Shown: positions 49,874-62,734, counted from the stretch's first letter. The stretch: DNA of 64,000 nt from Octopus sinensis (GCF_006345805.1 NC_043006.1:91636001-91700000), one strand, 5' to 3'. A program made the numbers and translations. The notes: generated from the sequence alone by a model not told the origin.

Positions 49874-52800
49874 ATGGCTTCGCTTAACCTTGGTTGTTTA
49901 AATGTGCGTAGTCTGAGTTCGAAGTGGAAGCAGGCTTGTTTCCTCGACGACCTCAGATCACATGATATACATGTGATGGTTGCTACAGACACCAAGCTGG
50001 ACAGCCTACAAACCTTCTCGCCTCTCCTGAATGGCTACGAGAAAATCATGTCTCCTGGCCATACCGGAGGGCGAGGGGGCGTAGTGGTACTGATCCGTAA
50101 AGACTTGGCTCTACAGACAAGTACAGTCTATGTAGACCCAGAAGGTGGGCTGGTCGTCCTTGATGTGACATACAGCAGTAAGGCCTTCAGGTTGATCGGA
50201 CTCTATGCACCTTGTGCTAGAGGTTTCCAAACTGATTTTTATCGGCGCCTAGAGGGCTTTCTCGTGACGTCAAAGACTTTAGTGATATTAGGGGACTTTA
50301 ATGCTATCGTTGGCGTACACATCGATAGCGTTGGCTCGATCTATAGGAAAGTGAACTCACGTCTCGTGGATCTGCTTAAGCGGTTTCAGCTGACAGATCG
50401 TTACAGACTTGACCATCCGAACGTCCCAGAGTGGACCTGGATGAGTGGCGACGGAAGGTTCAAGTCTTATCTAGACAGGATAGTGATAAGAACTAGAGAT
50501 AAGTCTAGTTTTAGTTGTCCACAGCTCGTCCAGGTGCCCTATACTGACCATAGAATGGTCACGTGTAGACTGGACATAGATAGCACACTTAAGATAGGAA
50601 CCGGCTACTGGAAGCTGAACAAGTCTATTTTGACACGCGAGGCATACCGTAGCTGGATTAAGGTGTTAGTGCAGAGGGCGTTAACCGGAGCCGTGGTTAA
50701 TAACCGGTGGTGGTTCGCCCTCAAAAGAGCCATTCGATTCGAGTCCATTAGATTTAATAAACAACTAAGACTAGATAGGGCTAGAATAGAAGGGCAACTA
50801 GTTAAGAACTTAGAGGAGGCGTTGAGGTTGGGCTCTGCATCTCACATTTTAGGGGCGAGAACGGCATTAGACCGTCACCTCAAAACCAAACATGAGGGAT
50901 GTAGAGTTCGGGCTAAAGTACGAGCATTGGGCCGTGAGGGAATTAATGTTGCCGGATGGGCCCGTACGATAGAAACACAGCGTGGAAACGATGCCACAAT
51001 TGGGTCTCTTGTTGATGAAAACGGATGCACGATCAAGAAGCGGGACGAGATGTGTGAGGCACTTCACAAGCACTTCGCCGAGTTGTTCGGGAGGTGCGGG
51101 ACGCTGGATCATGGTGAGGCCCTTAGGGACTTCCTGTCTGGTGGCCTGCGCCTCTCGACACGAGAGGCTGAGTGCTGTGAAGGGCCAATCACAGCCGAGG
51201 AAGTAATCGAGGTGTTGGGCAAGTGCCCCGGGGAGAAGTCGCCGGGTCTCGATGGTCTGCTCTATGAATTTTACAAAAGTATGCCAGACTTGTTCGGGCA
51301 CCTGCTGGCTAGCGTCTACGCCAACTGGCAGCAGAATGGGAGAATTCCCAAGTCTGCGAGCCGGGGGGCGGTGACGTTGATCAGGAAGGACCCGAACAAG
51401 GGGGACGAGATAGGGAACTTCAAGCCCATAACTCTGTTAAACACAGAGTTAAAGATTCTGGCCAAGGTGCTAGCAAAAAGGTTGGCGCGGGTCGTGGACA
51501 AACTTGTCGGGGAAGCGCAAACGTGCGCTATCCCCGGCAGAACGATCTACGACAATCTCCACCTTATACGCTACTCCTTAGAGAGGGTGGGGAAGCTTTC
51601 TGGCGCAGGGGGAGCACTGGTACATTTAGACCAGTCCAAAGCATTTGATAGGGTCGACCATCGGTACTTGGCGGCGGTCCTCGGAGAGGCTGGCCTAGGC
51701 CCGACCTTTCGAGGTTGGATCGCTGCTTTGTATAGCGACATCGAGTCTGTAGTCAAGGTGAACGGTTCCTTTTCGAAGCCGTTCAGGATCGAGCGTTCAG
51801 TTCGTCAAGGGTGTCCCCTGTCCTCGCTCCTATACGTATTGGCTCTTGAGCCTTTGCTGCGGAAGTTGGAGGCACTAGGGGGCGCGCCGCATGATCTATG
51901 GTGTGGAAGAGGAGCTACGGCGTATGCGGATGACACCTCCATCATCGTGGCAGACGAAGGCCAGCTTCCAGTGGTGGAAGAGGCCATCAAAAGCTACGAG
52001 GCGGTGGCAGGAGCAAAGGTTAACAAGGACAAGTCGGTCGGTTTGCAACTCGGCACCTGGAGGGCCAAGCCGATGCCGTCCAATAACATCGTAGGGCGTT
52101 GGACGGAAGGTCCTGTTAAGCTGCTCGGAGTCTGGTTCGGGCCAGACCTCCAGATTGAGAAAAATTGGAGTAAGGTGGCCAACAAGGTGACCGCTCTAAC
52201 CCAGACCTGGTCTGGGCGGGCGTTATCCCTGCTAGGGAAGGCGGAGGTGGTGCAGATGTTTATAGCATCAGTAATCACCTACCGTCTGACCGTGGTGCCT
52301 TGCCCCGACTTGTGGCTGAACAAGTTGGAGAGAATCCTTTTCTGATTTTTGTGGAAAGGAGGAAAGCCACTTGTAAAGCGCTCTGTCTGCTGCCAGAAAC
52401 CGCTAAAGGGTGGGCTAGGGATGCCTTGGCTGAGGATGCGAAAACTCGCGTTAAGGTTGAGGCACCTCTGGCTTTACCTGGATGGAGAGCAGGTGTGGTC
52501 ACCGCACGTCCGGTTCTACCTTCCCCAGTTAACATACCTAACGGACATCGGTGCATGGATCAAGCGGAGACCTAAACTGAGTGAATGGCATTTGGAGTGC
52601 CGTCAGGCGCTCCAGCTACTATCTCGGGTGGGCAATGCCGGCAACAGGAGTTCCACCACGGATTTCTATAGCGGGTTAGTGGAGATTAAGTCCGAAGACG
52701 CCTTGGGGGAGACCCTGGGCTACGATGAAAATCAGTTGGTCAACCTGTTCCGGAGGACGTTCAGGCCGGGGTATCTGGATAATTACCAGAAATCCCTGGC

Positions 52801-53383
52801 CTGGCAGTGTTTCCGTGCGGCTTTACCTGTTCGCGACAAGCTGTCAAGGCACGGTAGTGCCGTCTCGCCGACATGCCCGCGATGTGAGCAGGATAGGGAG
52901 ACCGTCTTGCACGTATTCGTGGAGTGTCCGGAGTTATCGGGTCTGATAGCTTTTGTTGAACAACTGTTGTCAGTGATGGGAAGAGTACAGCTATCAGCTG
53001 AGACTATCATCGAGATTGTGCCGCCTCCTTTCCTTAACAGGGAAAGAAAGGCTTGTTTTTTCTGTGTAGTAGCCATACTGAAAGAAACAGTATGGAAGAC
53101 GCGTACGAAAGGTATAGTGTCAGGCACCTTTGTCTCCGGCCAGGGGTTGATTAACTTTTTTAGTTACCACCTCAGTAGCAAAATCAGGCTGGAGAAGAGG
53201 TGTCTGTCACGAGATATGTTTGGAAAAGATGGAAGCCTGTGGCATGCAGATGGGTATGTTTGGCACCAGGTAAGTGTGACCGGATCAGAAAGTAAAGGTT
53301 CTACCCGGATGGCTGGGTGTCCGTCCTTCGACATGATCATTAAAATTTTTAAACATTGTCTTCGTAAAATTCATTGTTTATAA
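49874..53383 (+). CDS. Tx1 ORF2: APE endonuclease, reverse transcriptase and C-terminal zinc finger; one in-frame TGA at 52343-52345
   Basis: LNVRSL, ILGDFNA, YLDRIV, TDHRMV (APE); KSPGLDG, QGCPLS, AYADD (RT); CPRC..ETVLHVFVECP. ORFs 49874-52345 and 52349-53383 are in the same frame. Confidence 0.95.
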
Positions 53384-53638
53384 TCTTATCCGTAATTTCA
53401 TTCGAAAATTGTAACTGTGTTAAGCTACTTCACCCTTTATATTTGTCTGTCCTTGTTTGTCCCCTCTTTGCCTAAATGGCAAATTATATGAAATAAAGTA
53501 GCTTGCTAACCAGACACATGGTTCCGGGTTCAGTCCCACTGCGTGGCATCTTGGGCAAGTGTCTTCTGCTATAGCCCCGGGCCGGCCAATTCCTTGTGAG
53601 TGGATTTGGTAGACGGAAACTGAAAGAAGCCTGTCGTA

Positions 53639-53669
<31 letters not shown>

Positions 53670-54306
53670 GTTTGTGTGTGTGTGTATGTGTTTGTGTGTC
53701 TGTGTTTGTCCCCCTAGCATTGCTTGACAACCGATGCTGGTGTGTTTACGTCCCCGTCACTTAGCGGTTCGGCAAAAGAGACCGATAGAATAAGTACTGG
53801 GCTTACAAAGAATAAGTCCTGGGGTCGATTTGCTCGACTAAAGGCGGTGCTCCAGCATGGCCACAGTCAAATGACTGAAACAAGTAAAAGAGTAAAAGAG
53901 TAAGAGTAAAGAGGTGACAAAATGATGCGACCAAAAATCGACAAAAAGATGTTCGAGTAAGATCGAGGAAAGGACATGAAGTAAAAGTGAAAAATCTGAG
54001 GTTAGCAGACGACAGGAAAACATGGACGAAACATGATTGCGTGTTTTGCTAGGGATGCACAGTGGGCATAGGCTATGATTTTTTTTTGCCAATAAGTGGA
54101 TTATATAAATATAACTTCTGACTCATGCAGCAGAACTAAATCATACGCCTCCGCTCAGTGTATTATATCTGGCCAGCAAAGTGTAAATACGCAGATAATA
54201 TTCAAATTCACTTTCTCACTTTTGTAACTATACGGAGTGTCTAGACTAATTGTTTACTTATGTAAATATTTGTGTTAATGTCTATATACTTCACCACAGA
54301 CACACA

Positions 54307-54343
<37 letters not shown>

Positions 54344-55621
54344 TTATGCATCTATACTATTCTATATTCCAACTTACATTATATATTTCTATGCCTACAA
54401 ACCAATCATGAGTGTACCTGATAAATACCATTACAGATTGATATTGTAGATAAATATTTCATCGAGTTCTGCAGAATATTTAAAATATTTAGCGTTTCAA
54501 ATTTCTGAAGAATACGCTGAGAAGACATAAAACTGTTTAAGAAGCTTCTCTTTGCTGCGATAAATATTTTGCTATGCTACTAGTAATTTCTGATCCAATT
54601 CCACATTGGTACTTTTGTTAAGCATTTTGGTAGATAAAACTAAGTATTCACACATGAAAACACACATACAAGCACGCACACACATACATACACACACGCG
54701 CATGTAGACGTTGGTCTCCGACACATTTTCCGGCTGCCATTTTCTTTCACACAGTATTGGTCGGACCGATGCTATAATAGAAGACAGTAGACAGTAGAAC
54801 ACAGCACCACATGGTTGCAAAGCGAGCTTCATAACCACGCAACCAAACACACACACACATTTACACATTACATGAGCACACACAGTCACACACACACACA
54901 TTTACGCACTAATTGCGCACACACAGTCACACACACACACATTTACACCCTAATTGCGCACACACAGTCACACACACATGCACACACTCACATCCATTGT
55001 GTGTCCGTGTATGAATGTCTGTATATATATCGTTGGAGGATGTCTGTCAGTGAAGTTAGAAATGGCGAATAAACCGAAGGACTGGTGATTTTCCACCGAA
55101 GTCCCTTGTATTATTTGTTCTGCCCCATGTTATACAAACAACTGTTTTTTCTTTTACTCACATCAGAAATCTACTTTAAGGTTTTGTCCTTGTTGTGCTG
55201 TGGGAGATTATGTGCCTCAACAACACTGCGAGATATTCCGGTGGAGTGCTTGCTCAAGGAGGTGTCTCCCATGCAAGCAAATCTAAGGGTAGAGGCCAGA
55301 CTAATCCTGACCATTTTTTCTAGAGGTAAAACCAGGTTTGTACAGGGCCAGCACCTCTGTCTAGAAATTTATGTCACAGAAGCATCGATGATCATTTTAA
55401 AAACAAAACAAACCTCAAAAATCTGGTAGAGAAGAAGAGCGATAAACGTCGATTTTGACATAAACCTACAATCCACCTGAGGGGCTTCTCCACAGTTTCT
55501 GATCATTAAGTTTACCTGACAAGATGTAATACTATTTCTAGAGTTAGGATTTTGGATGTTGTCGATGCTGCTGTTTCTATCCAATCAACCAATTTTGGTC
55601 AAATTGGATTCATAATACAGT

Positions 55622-55836
55622 TTTATATTTAAGAGATGAGGAATTATGTACATTATTTACATTATTTACATTTGACGGATATTTGTCCTCATCTGCCTGG
55701 AATCGAACTCGGAATTTTGGGGTTAGTAGTCCGCACTCTTAACCACAATGATCTTAACCACATACGGGCATATGACGTTGTGGTTTAGAGCGCGGGCTAC
55801 TAACCCCAAGATTCCGAGTTCGATTCCAGGCAGTGA

Positions 55837-55884
<48 letters not shown>

Positions 55885-56030
55885 TAATAACGAAAATACC
55901 TTAGGAATGAGAATTCAGGTTAGAAATTTCCCCAAGACACCTGATGAAGGCTGGAGGGTGTGTCAGCCGAAACGTTGTGTTAGCAAAAAAGATGAAGACA
56001 AATATCCGTCAAATGTAAATAATGTAAAGT
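55622..56030. mobile_element. Head-to-head inverted pair of SINE-D (tRNA-like head, TAA repeat, hammerhead-containing 3' part)
   Basis: Plus copy about 55765-56030 (A-box-like TGACGTTGTGG, B-box GAGTTCGATTCC). Minus copy 55622-55746 is internally deleted. Arms match at 48/52 and 38/39. Confidence 0.8.
55936..55981 (+). ncRNA. Minimal type I hammerhead ribozyme motif
   Basis: GACAC (stem I) - CTGATGA - A - GGCTG..CAGCC (stem II) - GAAA - C GT T (palindromic ACGT stem III, GUU site) - GTGTT (stem I partner). Confidence 0.6.
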
Positions 56031-57250
56031 GGATTCATGTTGTTCCTATTTTGAGATCTGTTTTGAGAATATATGAAATATATGCTTTACATTGTGGCTA
56101 TTTATATCATCGGAATCAATGAGATTACGAAGTGTTTGCTTTGCGACGTAAAATATTCGAAAATATTGGACTGGCATGACATCACTTCGGTCAATAGCCA
56201 CTCCCTGAGATTGGTTCTTCACTGATACACACACACACACGCACACACACACACACGCACACACGCACACAAACCACACGCACGAAAAAGTAAAAAAAAA
56301 ACGGTCATGCTAAATATGTTCCCAGATATGTATGTATCTACGCATCATATATACAATATGTATGTATTGTATACATTATGTATCTATCTACGCATCATGT
56401 ATACAATATATATTCACACATCCCATATATATGAACAACACATTCTGTTTCTGGTGTTGTTATTTTTACGCATCCGTTTAATCTTGATTGAATAGACCTA
56501 TCATCAAAGAGGTTCCAACCGTGACGAAGCCGCCGTTTAGTATATGAAGGACCACTGTTATCTTATTTTTAAAACAGCAAGGTGGGATAGAGGTAGATTA
56601 GGCTGCAATTTCTAACCGGTCAGTTGAGCGCATTGAGACTCCAGCATTAGTCTAGACAAACATTTTTAAATATTAGAATTATTTTGCAGATGTTCATTCA
56701 GATGTTATGTAATGTTCAAGAACCAGTCTCTCAAAACACCGACTTCTTTAATTGGAAAATGGTCAGTCTCAATTTGCAGTTCTTTAGAAAAGTTTTTTTT
56801 TATATTTGCAACATTTTATAATATTCTGTTGCTTTTCAATGTTTGATCTGTTTAATTGAAACGTTTTTTTTTTCCGATCACAGTTGCAGAAATTTAAAGT
56901 TTTGTGCCAAAAAGAAAGAAAGAAAAACAAAAGATCAAATGTGATAATTTTGCATTTTGACTGTTTGGCGTTATTACATTCAGGCTGTTAAAAGTTACAC
57001 GAAATAATCATATTTATCCATTAACAAAGAGGTCATGGAACTTTTACATGAGCAGCAATACACACACACGCAGACGCAAACACACACACGCGCGCGCGCA
57101 CACACACACACACACACACAGACACACACGCAAGTAAGCAAGCACTCACAAATAAACTCACACACACATGCATAGTGTAGGCCAAATGTCACGACACCAA
57201 AACAATTGACATTTCATTTATATTACGTTATTATTATTATTATTATTATT

Positions 57251-57797
57251 GAGAGAGCAGTGCATGCCATCAAAGGGACACTGGGGTAAAATATACGAAG
57301 CCCAGTATACCCATCATGACTACCCGTCTGATAAGGGTACACCAGGCACATACATCACAACCATATGTGTGCGACATGGTGATCTCATATCAAGATAAAC
57401 AACGCATGACCTTGCAGGTGGGGCCCAGTTAGAATTTTCTTCTGGTCGAGTAACCCATCCCGCTCAAAAGTTCCCTGAATAAGGGTTGTTTAAGGGTGTT
57501 GAACAAACCACCCATGTTTCCTAAGGTGAATTATCCAATACTCTAAGAATTCCTTTCAACACACGGCTATGATGCTCCCCCACTACTTCTGCTCGTGATC
57601 AGAGATGCACATATCATCAGCCACTAAGGGACATGCTCAACTGGTTAAGGTCAAACAACTGACAAGCAAATCTGTGGTATTGAGCAGAATATTTGCTGTA
57701 GCCCATCTTTTATACCAAGGCAAAACAATGTACATGATAACACTTCCAATCAGTTAAGATGAGAAGCCATGAGAGCCACTGTCTGGTACTGCATCAG
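57251..57797. repeat. Unclassified element of about 550 bp bracketed by (ATT)n
   Basis: Complex non-coding sequence with sharp boundaries against (ATT)n at 57228-57250 and 57798-57818. Confidence 0.5.
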
Positions 57798-57818
57798 ATT
57801 ATTATTATTATTATTATT

Positions 57819-60800
57819 CTATGTTTGAGTTTTGCTTTATATTTGTACAAGTTGGCTCCAAGTCTCACTCAGAGAGCTCAAGAGACAACAGGTTGGAAGT
57901 TCATGTTGTTGTTATGCCTAGTGTGCCATATATTTTGGGGGGAGCTTTTGGTGTTGTACTAATGAATGTCTAAAAAAAAAAAAATTTTTTTTTTTTTAAA
58001 CCGAAAATTATGTTTGTTTTAAACCTTGAGATTACATAGAAAGTATTTTGCGTAGGATATGAGCAGTTCCCATGAGCACTATCTTTTGAATTTCTGCCAT
58101 TTTTGGATTTCCTGGTATCTGAGTTAGGTAGCAATCAGCCCCTTTTGCTATCATTCCCAGGGCACCTATGACAACAGGTATTGTTTTAGTCTTCAGGTTC
58201 CACATTTTGCTGATTTCTATTTCAAGATCTTTATATTTGCTCAGTTTTAGGTAGATACGTTTATATCGATTGGGACAGTCATATCAATGAGGAGGCATGT
58301 TCTTTGTTTGAAGTCTTTCAATATGATGTCTGGCCTATTTGCATCTATCTTTCTGTCAGTTTGAATGGTGAAGTTCCAGAGGAGTGAGATGTGGTCATTT
58401 TCAAGCACTGGGGGTGGTTTGTGTTCCCACCAGTTTTTTTCATGGGGCAAGTCCAGGTTTTTGCAGATTACCCAGTGAATATATTGTGCAGCTATATCGT
58501 GTATGTTGAGATACTCTGTAGGCGCTAGAAGACTGCACTTGGAGACCACATGGTCAATGGTTTCATTTTGTTGCTGGCATACACGACACGTTGGACTGCT
58601 TCTGATCTTTAATATGTTGGCCTGGTAGTTTCTTGTTGGTAGGCATTGATTTTGAGCTGCTATGATAAACCCCTCTGTTTCAGATTTTAAGCCAGAGGCC
58701 ATTAGCCAATGATGGGTCAGGGCTTTGTCAACATCTGCATTATTTGCTCTCTTTGGGTATTTGCCATAGAGAGGTTTTTCTTGCCATTTATCATTCAGAA
58801 TATCTAAGGCCGCAGATTTAGCACGGGTTTTCATGCGCTTAGCTTTTTCTGTGCCTGTTTCTTGTATGTCTATCTCTAATTCCGAAATTGGTTGTATTCG
58901 GAATTCACTTAGATATTCCTTTGCCTGTTTTGTTACTGAGTATGATGCTTTCTTGTTTTCATGTTTTGAGACAAGTTTTAACATCCAGTCCTCAGAGTTT
59001 TTCAGGTAGGTGTCTAGGCCAATTGTAGCAATCTTCATTGTTATTGCCAGTTGTAAAAGTCCACGGCCTCCCTCTTTTCTTGGCAGATAAAGTCGTTCTG
59101 TATCTGCCTTAGGGTGGTGCATTCTATGCATTGTCAACAGTTTTCGAATTTTTCTGTCAAGATTATATATTTCAGTAATTGACCAGTTAACGATATTGAA
59201 ACTGTAAGTCACGACTGGTATAGCTAATGCATTGATCGCTTCGATCCTGTTTCTCGCATTCAGCTCTGTCTTGAGTATTGCTCTTACTCTGCGATAACAT
59301 TCTCTCCTGATCCTTTCCTTCATCTCTGAATGCCTTATTCCTTCTCCTTCAATTACCCCTAGATATTTGTAGTTCTCTGCTGGGTCTAATTCTTTTATGA
59401 CATTCTGCTGGTCAAGGTTAACGTTAGATGTTTCTGTCATTTTTCCTTTGATAAAGGTAGCTTTTGCACACTTATCGAGGCCAAATTGCATTCTGATGTC
59501 ATCACTGAATTGTTTGACAATCGCTAGTAAGCCCTTGAGTTGTTGGTCATTTTTTGCAAAGAGCTTTAAATCATCCATGTAAATGAGATGATTTATATTT
59601 TTATCAAACATTTTATACCCGTACTGCGCGTCATTGAGCAGTTTTGAGAGAGGTATTAAGGCTAAACAGAAGAGGAGTGGTGATAGTGAGTCACCCTGGA
59701 AAATGCCACATGAAAGTTTTACATCACCAGCATTTAGAGATTCATTGTCACTGTTCAAAGTTAGTGTGGTTCTCCATGATCTCATACTTACAGACAAAAA
59801 GTTTCGCAGAGTAGGTGCTATCTTATACATTTCTAGGCATTTCTTAATCCAGCTATGTGGTAGGCTATCAAAAGCCTTTTTATAGTCTATCCAGGCTATT
59901 GATAAGTTTTTGTGTCGTTTGTGACAATCTTCTAAGATCATCTTATTGATGAGCAGTTGATCTTTACAACCGTAGTATCCACGTTTACATCCTTTCTGTT
60001 CATTAGGGAATATGCTGCTGTCTTTTAAAAAACTATAGGTATATTCCGTCAGGACAGATGTTAGTGTTTTATACATAGTTGTTAAGCAGGTTATGGGTCT
60101 ATAGTTTTTTGGTTCATTTGTTTCTTCACTTTTTGGAAGCAGGAATGTTAACCCATTAACTAGCCAAGGAGGCATCCTACTAGGGTGTTGGAAAACATCA
60201 TTGTAAAGTTCTGTTAGCAGTTCATGGCTCTCCGGGAAGGCATTCAACCAAACGTTAGGGATTTTATCCTTTCCTGGAGACTTCCATTTGCTTGACCTCG
60301 TGAGAGCAGATCTTATATCTTCTACCTTGACACCCTCCCACTTTTGCTCTTCTAAGGAGTCCAGTTCTGTAGATATTCTATCAATCCAGGGGGCCTTTTC
60401 GCTGTGTGTTTTTTCTTCTGCCCAAATTTTATTCCAAATTCCCTGCACTTCTTCTTTTGATGGTACAGACTTTACAGTAACTGTTGTTTTTCCTATCTTC
60501 CTGTAAAAATTTTTGGGATTATTTTTGAACATGTTGTTGTCCCTGAAGAATCTAACACGCTTTTCATACCTCGCTATGCGGGCAGCTTTAGCAGATACCT
60601 TTTGCTTGATGGTTTCTATGGTGGCATCAATATCAAGTATAGTTTTCATATATTTTTTCATTAGTTTTTGGGTTTTTGTAGGTTTGGTAGTCTTATGAAC
60701 CTTAAGGTTTTTCAAATATTCAATGTCAGATCTAAATTGTTTAATTTGTTGTTGCAAACGCTCTTGCCAAGAAGGCTTTTTGTGGAAATGTTGCCGGATT

Positions 60801-61970
60801 CTAATCTTTTCACCACATAGGATCGTTGTGATTTTCGCGGATGCATAGTATAGGTGGTTGAGATCTGTGATATCAACATCATTAGCTGAAATTATATCCT
60901 TAAGTACAAGCCGGGTTTTACCAATTATTTTCATGTTTTGGTTAGAGTTGCGGATTTTAGGGAGTGTATCACGTTCATCCATACTGGTTTCTTTAATTTT
61001 TCAGCCATTCAATCATGATTTGACTTTTTAGCTCATGTAGTTCTTTCGGGTCAATATTTGTGTGACTTTCTTCATCTATTTGATGTTCATCTGTCTTAGT
61101 GTTTATATTTGGTTCAGGGAGTATTTCACTTTGCCTATCACTTATACTAACTCTTTCAATCCTTACTTCGTTTTTATTAGCTCTGAGCTGGTCTATAATT
61201 ATTTCCTCTGTATTATCTTCTCTAGCTGCAGCTTCATTCATTCTATCCGTTACTGCTTGTCTAATTTGATCAATCTCTACTTCAGTCAGTAATTTTTTTT
61301 TATAATGTTTCTTCTGACGTTGGCAAGTTTGTTACTGTCCATGTAGGGTCTTACTTCAAGGTGTTTCTGTCTCCAGTTTATGTAAGTTTGTATAGTGTTC
61401 GATTTATCTGTGGGGAAATATATGGCATGGTAGAAGGCCGCAAGAACTTCTTTATTATCTTCCCTAATCCATTTTTCCTTCTTTTTCTTTTCAGTGTTTG
61501 GTGACGAGCATGGATGGCCATCTGTTGGAATATTCCAGTTGCGGAGTACCCTCCAGCTCCTGTGTGTCGGGAAGATTTGATCCAGTAGCTGATTTTTCAA
61601 TCAGACTTTGGTTCAATTTTTGGGTACGTGGTCTTTTGTAGTCCGCTCGCCGACCATCGCGGATTGTAGGTTGTTTTGTTGACATTGAAGCATGACGAGC
61701 TTCGACTCTTACATTAAGAGACGGATCTGTCAGTTTAGGATTCTCTGCACGTAAACATTGTTCGTAGCGCAGTTTCCTAAGGCTAGCAGATCTGTATTCG
61801 TCTGTATTTTTTTTGTTGATAGTTTTATCTCCGGGCATAGTTTTCCCTTCTTCTTTTTATTTATTCATTCACTTTTTTTTCTTCCTTTTTTTTAAACTTA
61901 TGAAAGGTTCACTCTGCCTGTATTAGTTCGAAAAAATGAGAATAAAATACGAGAAAAAAACAAAAACAAA
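57819..61970 (-). mobile_element. Near full-length R4/Dong-clade (RLE-type) non-LTR retrotransposon ending in (TAA)n
   Basis: One long ORF with RT, CCHC and RPD..D endonuclease motifs; the 3' UTR runs straight into (TAA)7. The 5' boundary is approximate and abuts a SINE-A. Confidence 0.92.
58032..61838 (-). CDS. Dong/R4 polyprotein (N-terminal domain, RT, zinc finger, restriction-like endonuclease), with frameshifts
   Basis: ORFs 61491-61838, 61286-61600, 60993-61241 and 58247-60982, then KLSKYKDLEIEI..GTAHILRKILSM* ending at 58032. Motifs: WKSPGKD, YRPITC, GIFQGDSLSPLLF, YMDD, CRVC..ETIDHVVSKC, NRPDII..LLID. Confidence 0.9.
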
Positions 61971-62141
61971 CAGGAGTGGCTGTGTGGTAAGTAGCTTGTT
62001 TACCAGCCACATGGTTCTGGGTTCAGTCCCACTGCGTGGCATCTTGGGCAAGTGTCTTCTACTATAGCCTCGGGCCGACCAAAGCCTTGTGAGTGGATTT
62101 GGTAGACGGAAACTGGAAGAAGCCCGTCGTATATATGTATA

Positions 62142-62177
<36 letters not shown>

Positions 62178-62470
62178 TGTATGTATGTATGTATGTATGT
62201 ATGTGTGTATGTGTGTATGTATATGTTTGTGTGTCTGTGTTTGTGTGTCTGTGTTTGTGTGTCTGTATTTGTCCCCCCACTATTGCTTGACAACCGATGC
62301 TGGTGTCTTTTCCGTCCCCGTCACTTAGCGGCTCGGCAAAAGAGACCGATAGAATAAGCACTGGGCTTACAAAAGAATAAGTCTCGGGGTCGATTTGCTC
62401 GATTGAAAAGGCGGTGCTCCAGCATGGCCGCAGTCTGAAACAAGAAAAAGAGTAAAAAGAGAAAAAAAAG
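61971..62470 (+). mobile_element. Full-length SINE-A (target site has one mismatch and is unoccupied)
   Basis: CAGGAGTGGCTGTGTGGTAAGTAGCTTGTTTACCAGCCACATGG head, body and tail. Confidence 0.93.
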
Positions 62471-62489
62471 AGTAAACAAACAAAAATAA

Positions 62490-62604
62490 GAATTATCATC
62501 ATCACCGTTATCATCATCATCATCATGTAGTCACAGCGGTAGCTTATTATTATTATTCTTATTCCCATCACCATCACCATCGCCACGGTCAAGTGGTCAT
62601 ATTC

Positions 62605-62649
<45 letters not shown>

Positions 62650-62703
62650 CATCATTATTATAATTATTTTATTATCATCATTATTATTATTTTATTATTA
62701 TTA

Positions 62704-62734
<31 letters not shown>

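Larger units (their letters stand above)
48063..53495 (+). mobile_element. Near full-length Tx1-clade (L1 group) non-LTR retrotransposon, about 5.4 kb
   Basis: 16-bp TSD AAGTAGCTTGCTAACC (48047-48062 / 53496-53511), AATAAA at 53492-53497, 5' UTR, ORF1 and ORF2. Confidence 0.95.
48024..53911 (+). mobile_element. SINE-A split by the Tx1 LINE (head 48024-48062, remainder 53496-53911)
   Basis: The head GCAGGAGTGGCCGTGTGGTAAGTAGCTTGCTAACC resumes at 53496; the remainder closely matches the intact copy at 17229. Confidence 0.95.

Noticed and set aside
52343-52345. TGA in Tx1 ORF2 as read-through or selenocysteine
   Set aside because: A single substitution from CGA or TGG explains it, and ORF1 also has a nonsense codon, so the copy is simply inactive.
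43378-53911. The two split SINEs as a segmental duplication or as LTRs
   Set aside because: The inserts differ in length and sequence, each TSD matches its own host variant, and the flanks outside the SINEs are unrelated.
55765-55840. SINE heads (also 17229 and 35500) as genuine tRNA genes
   Set aside because: Acceptor and anticodon stems are imperfect and each runs directly into a repeat body.
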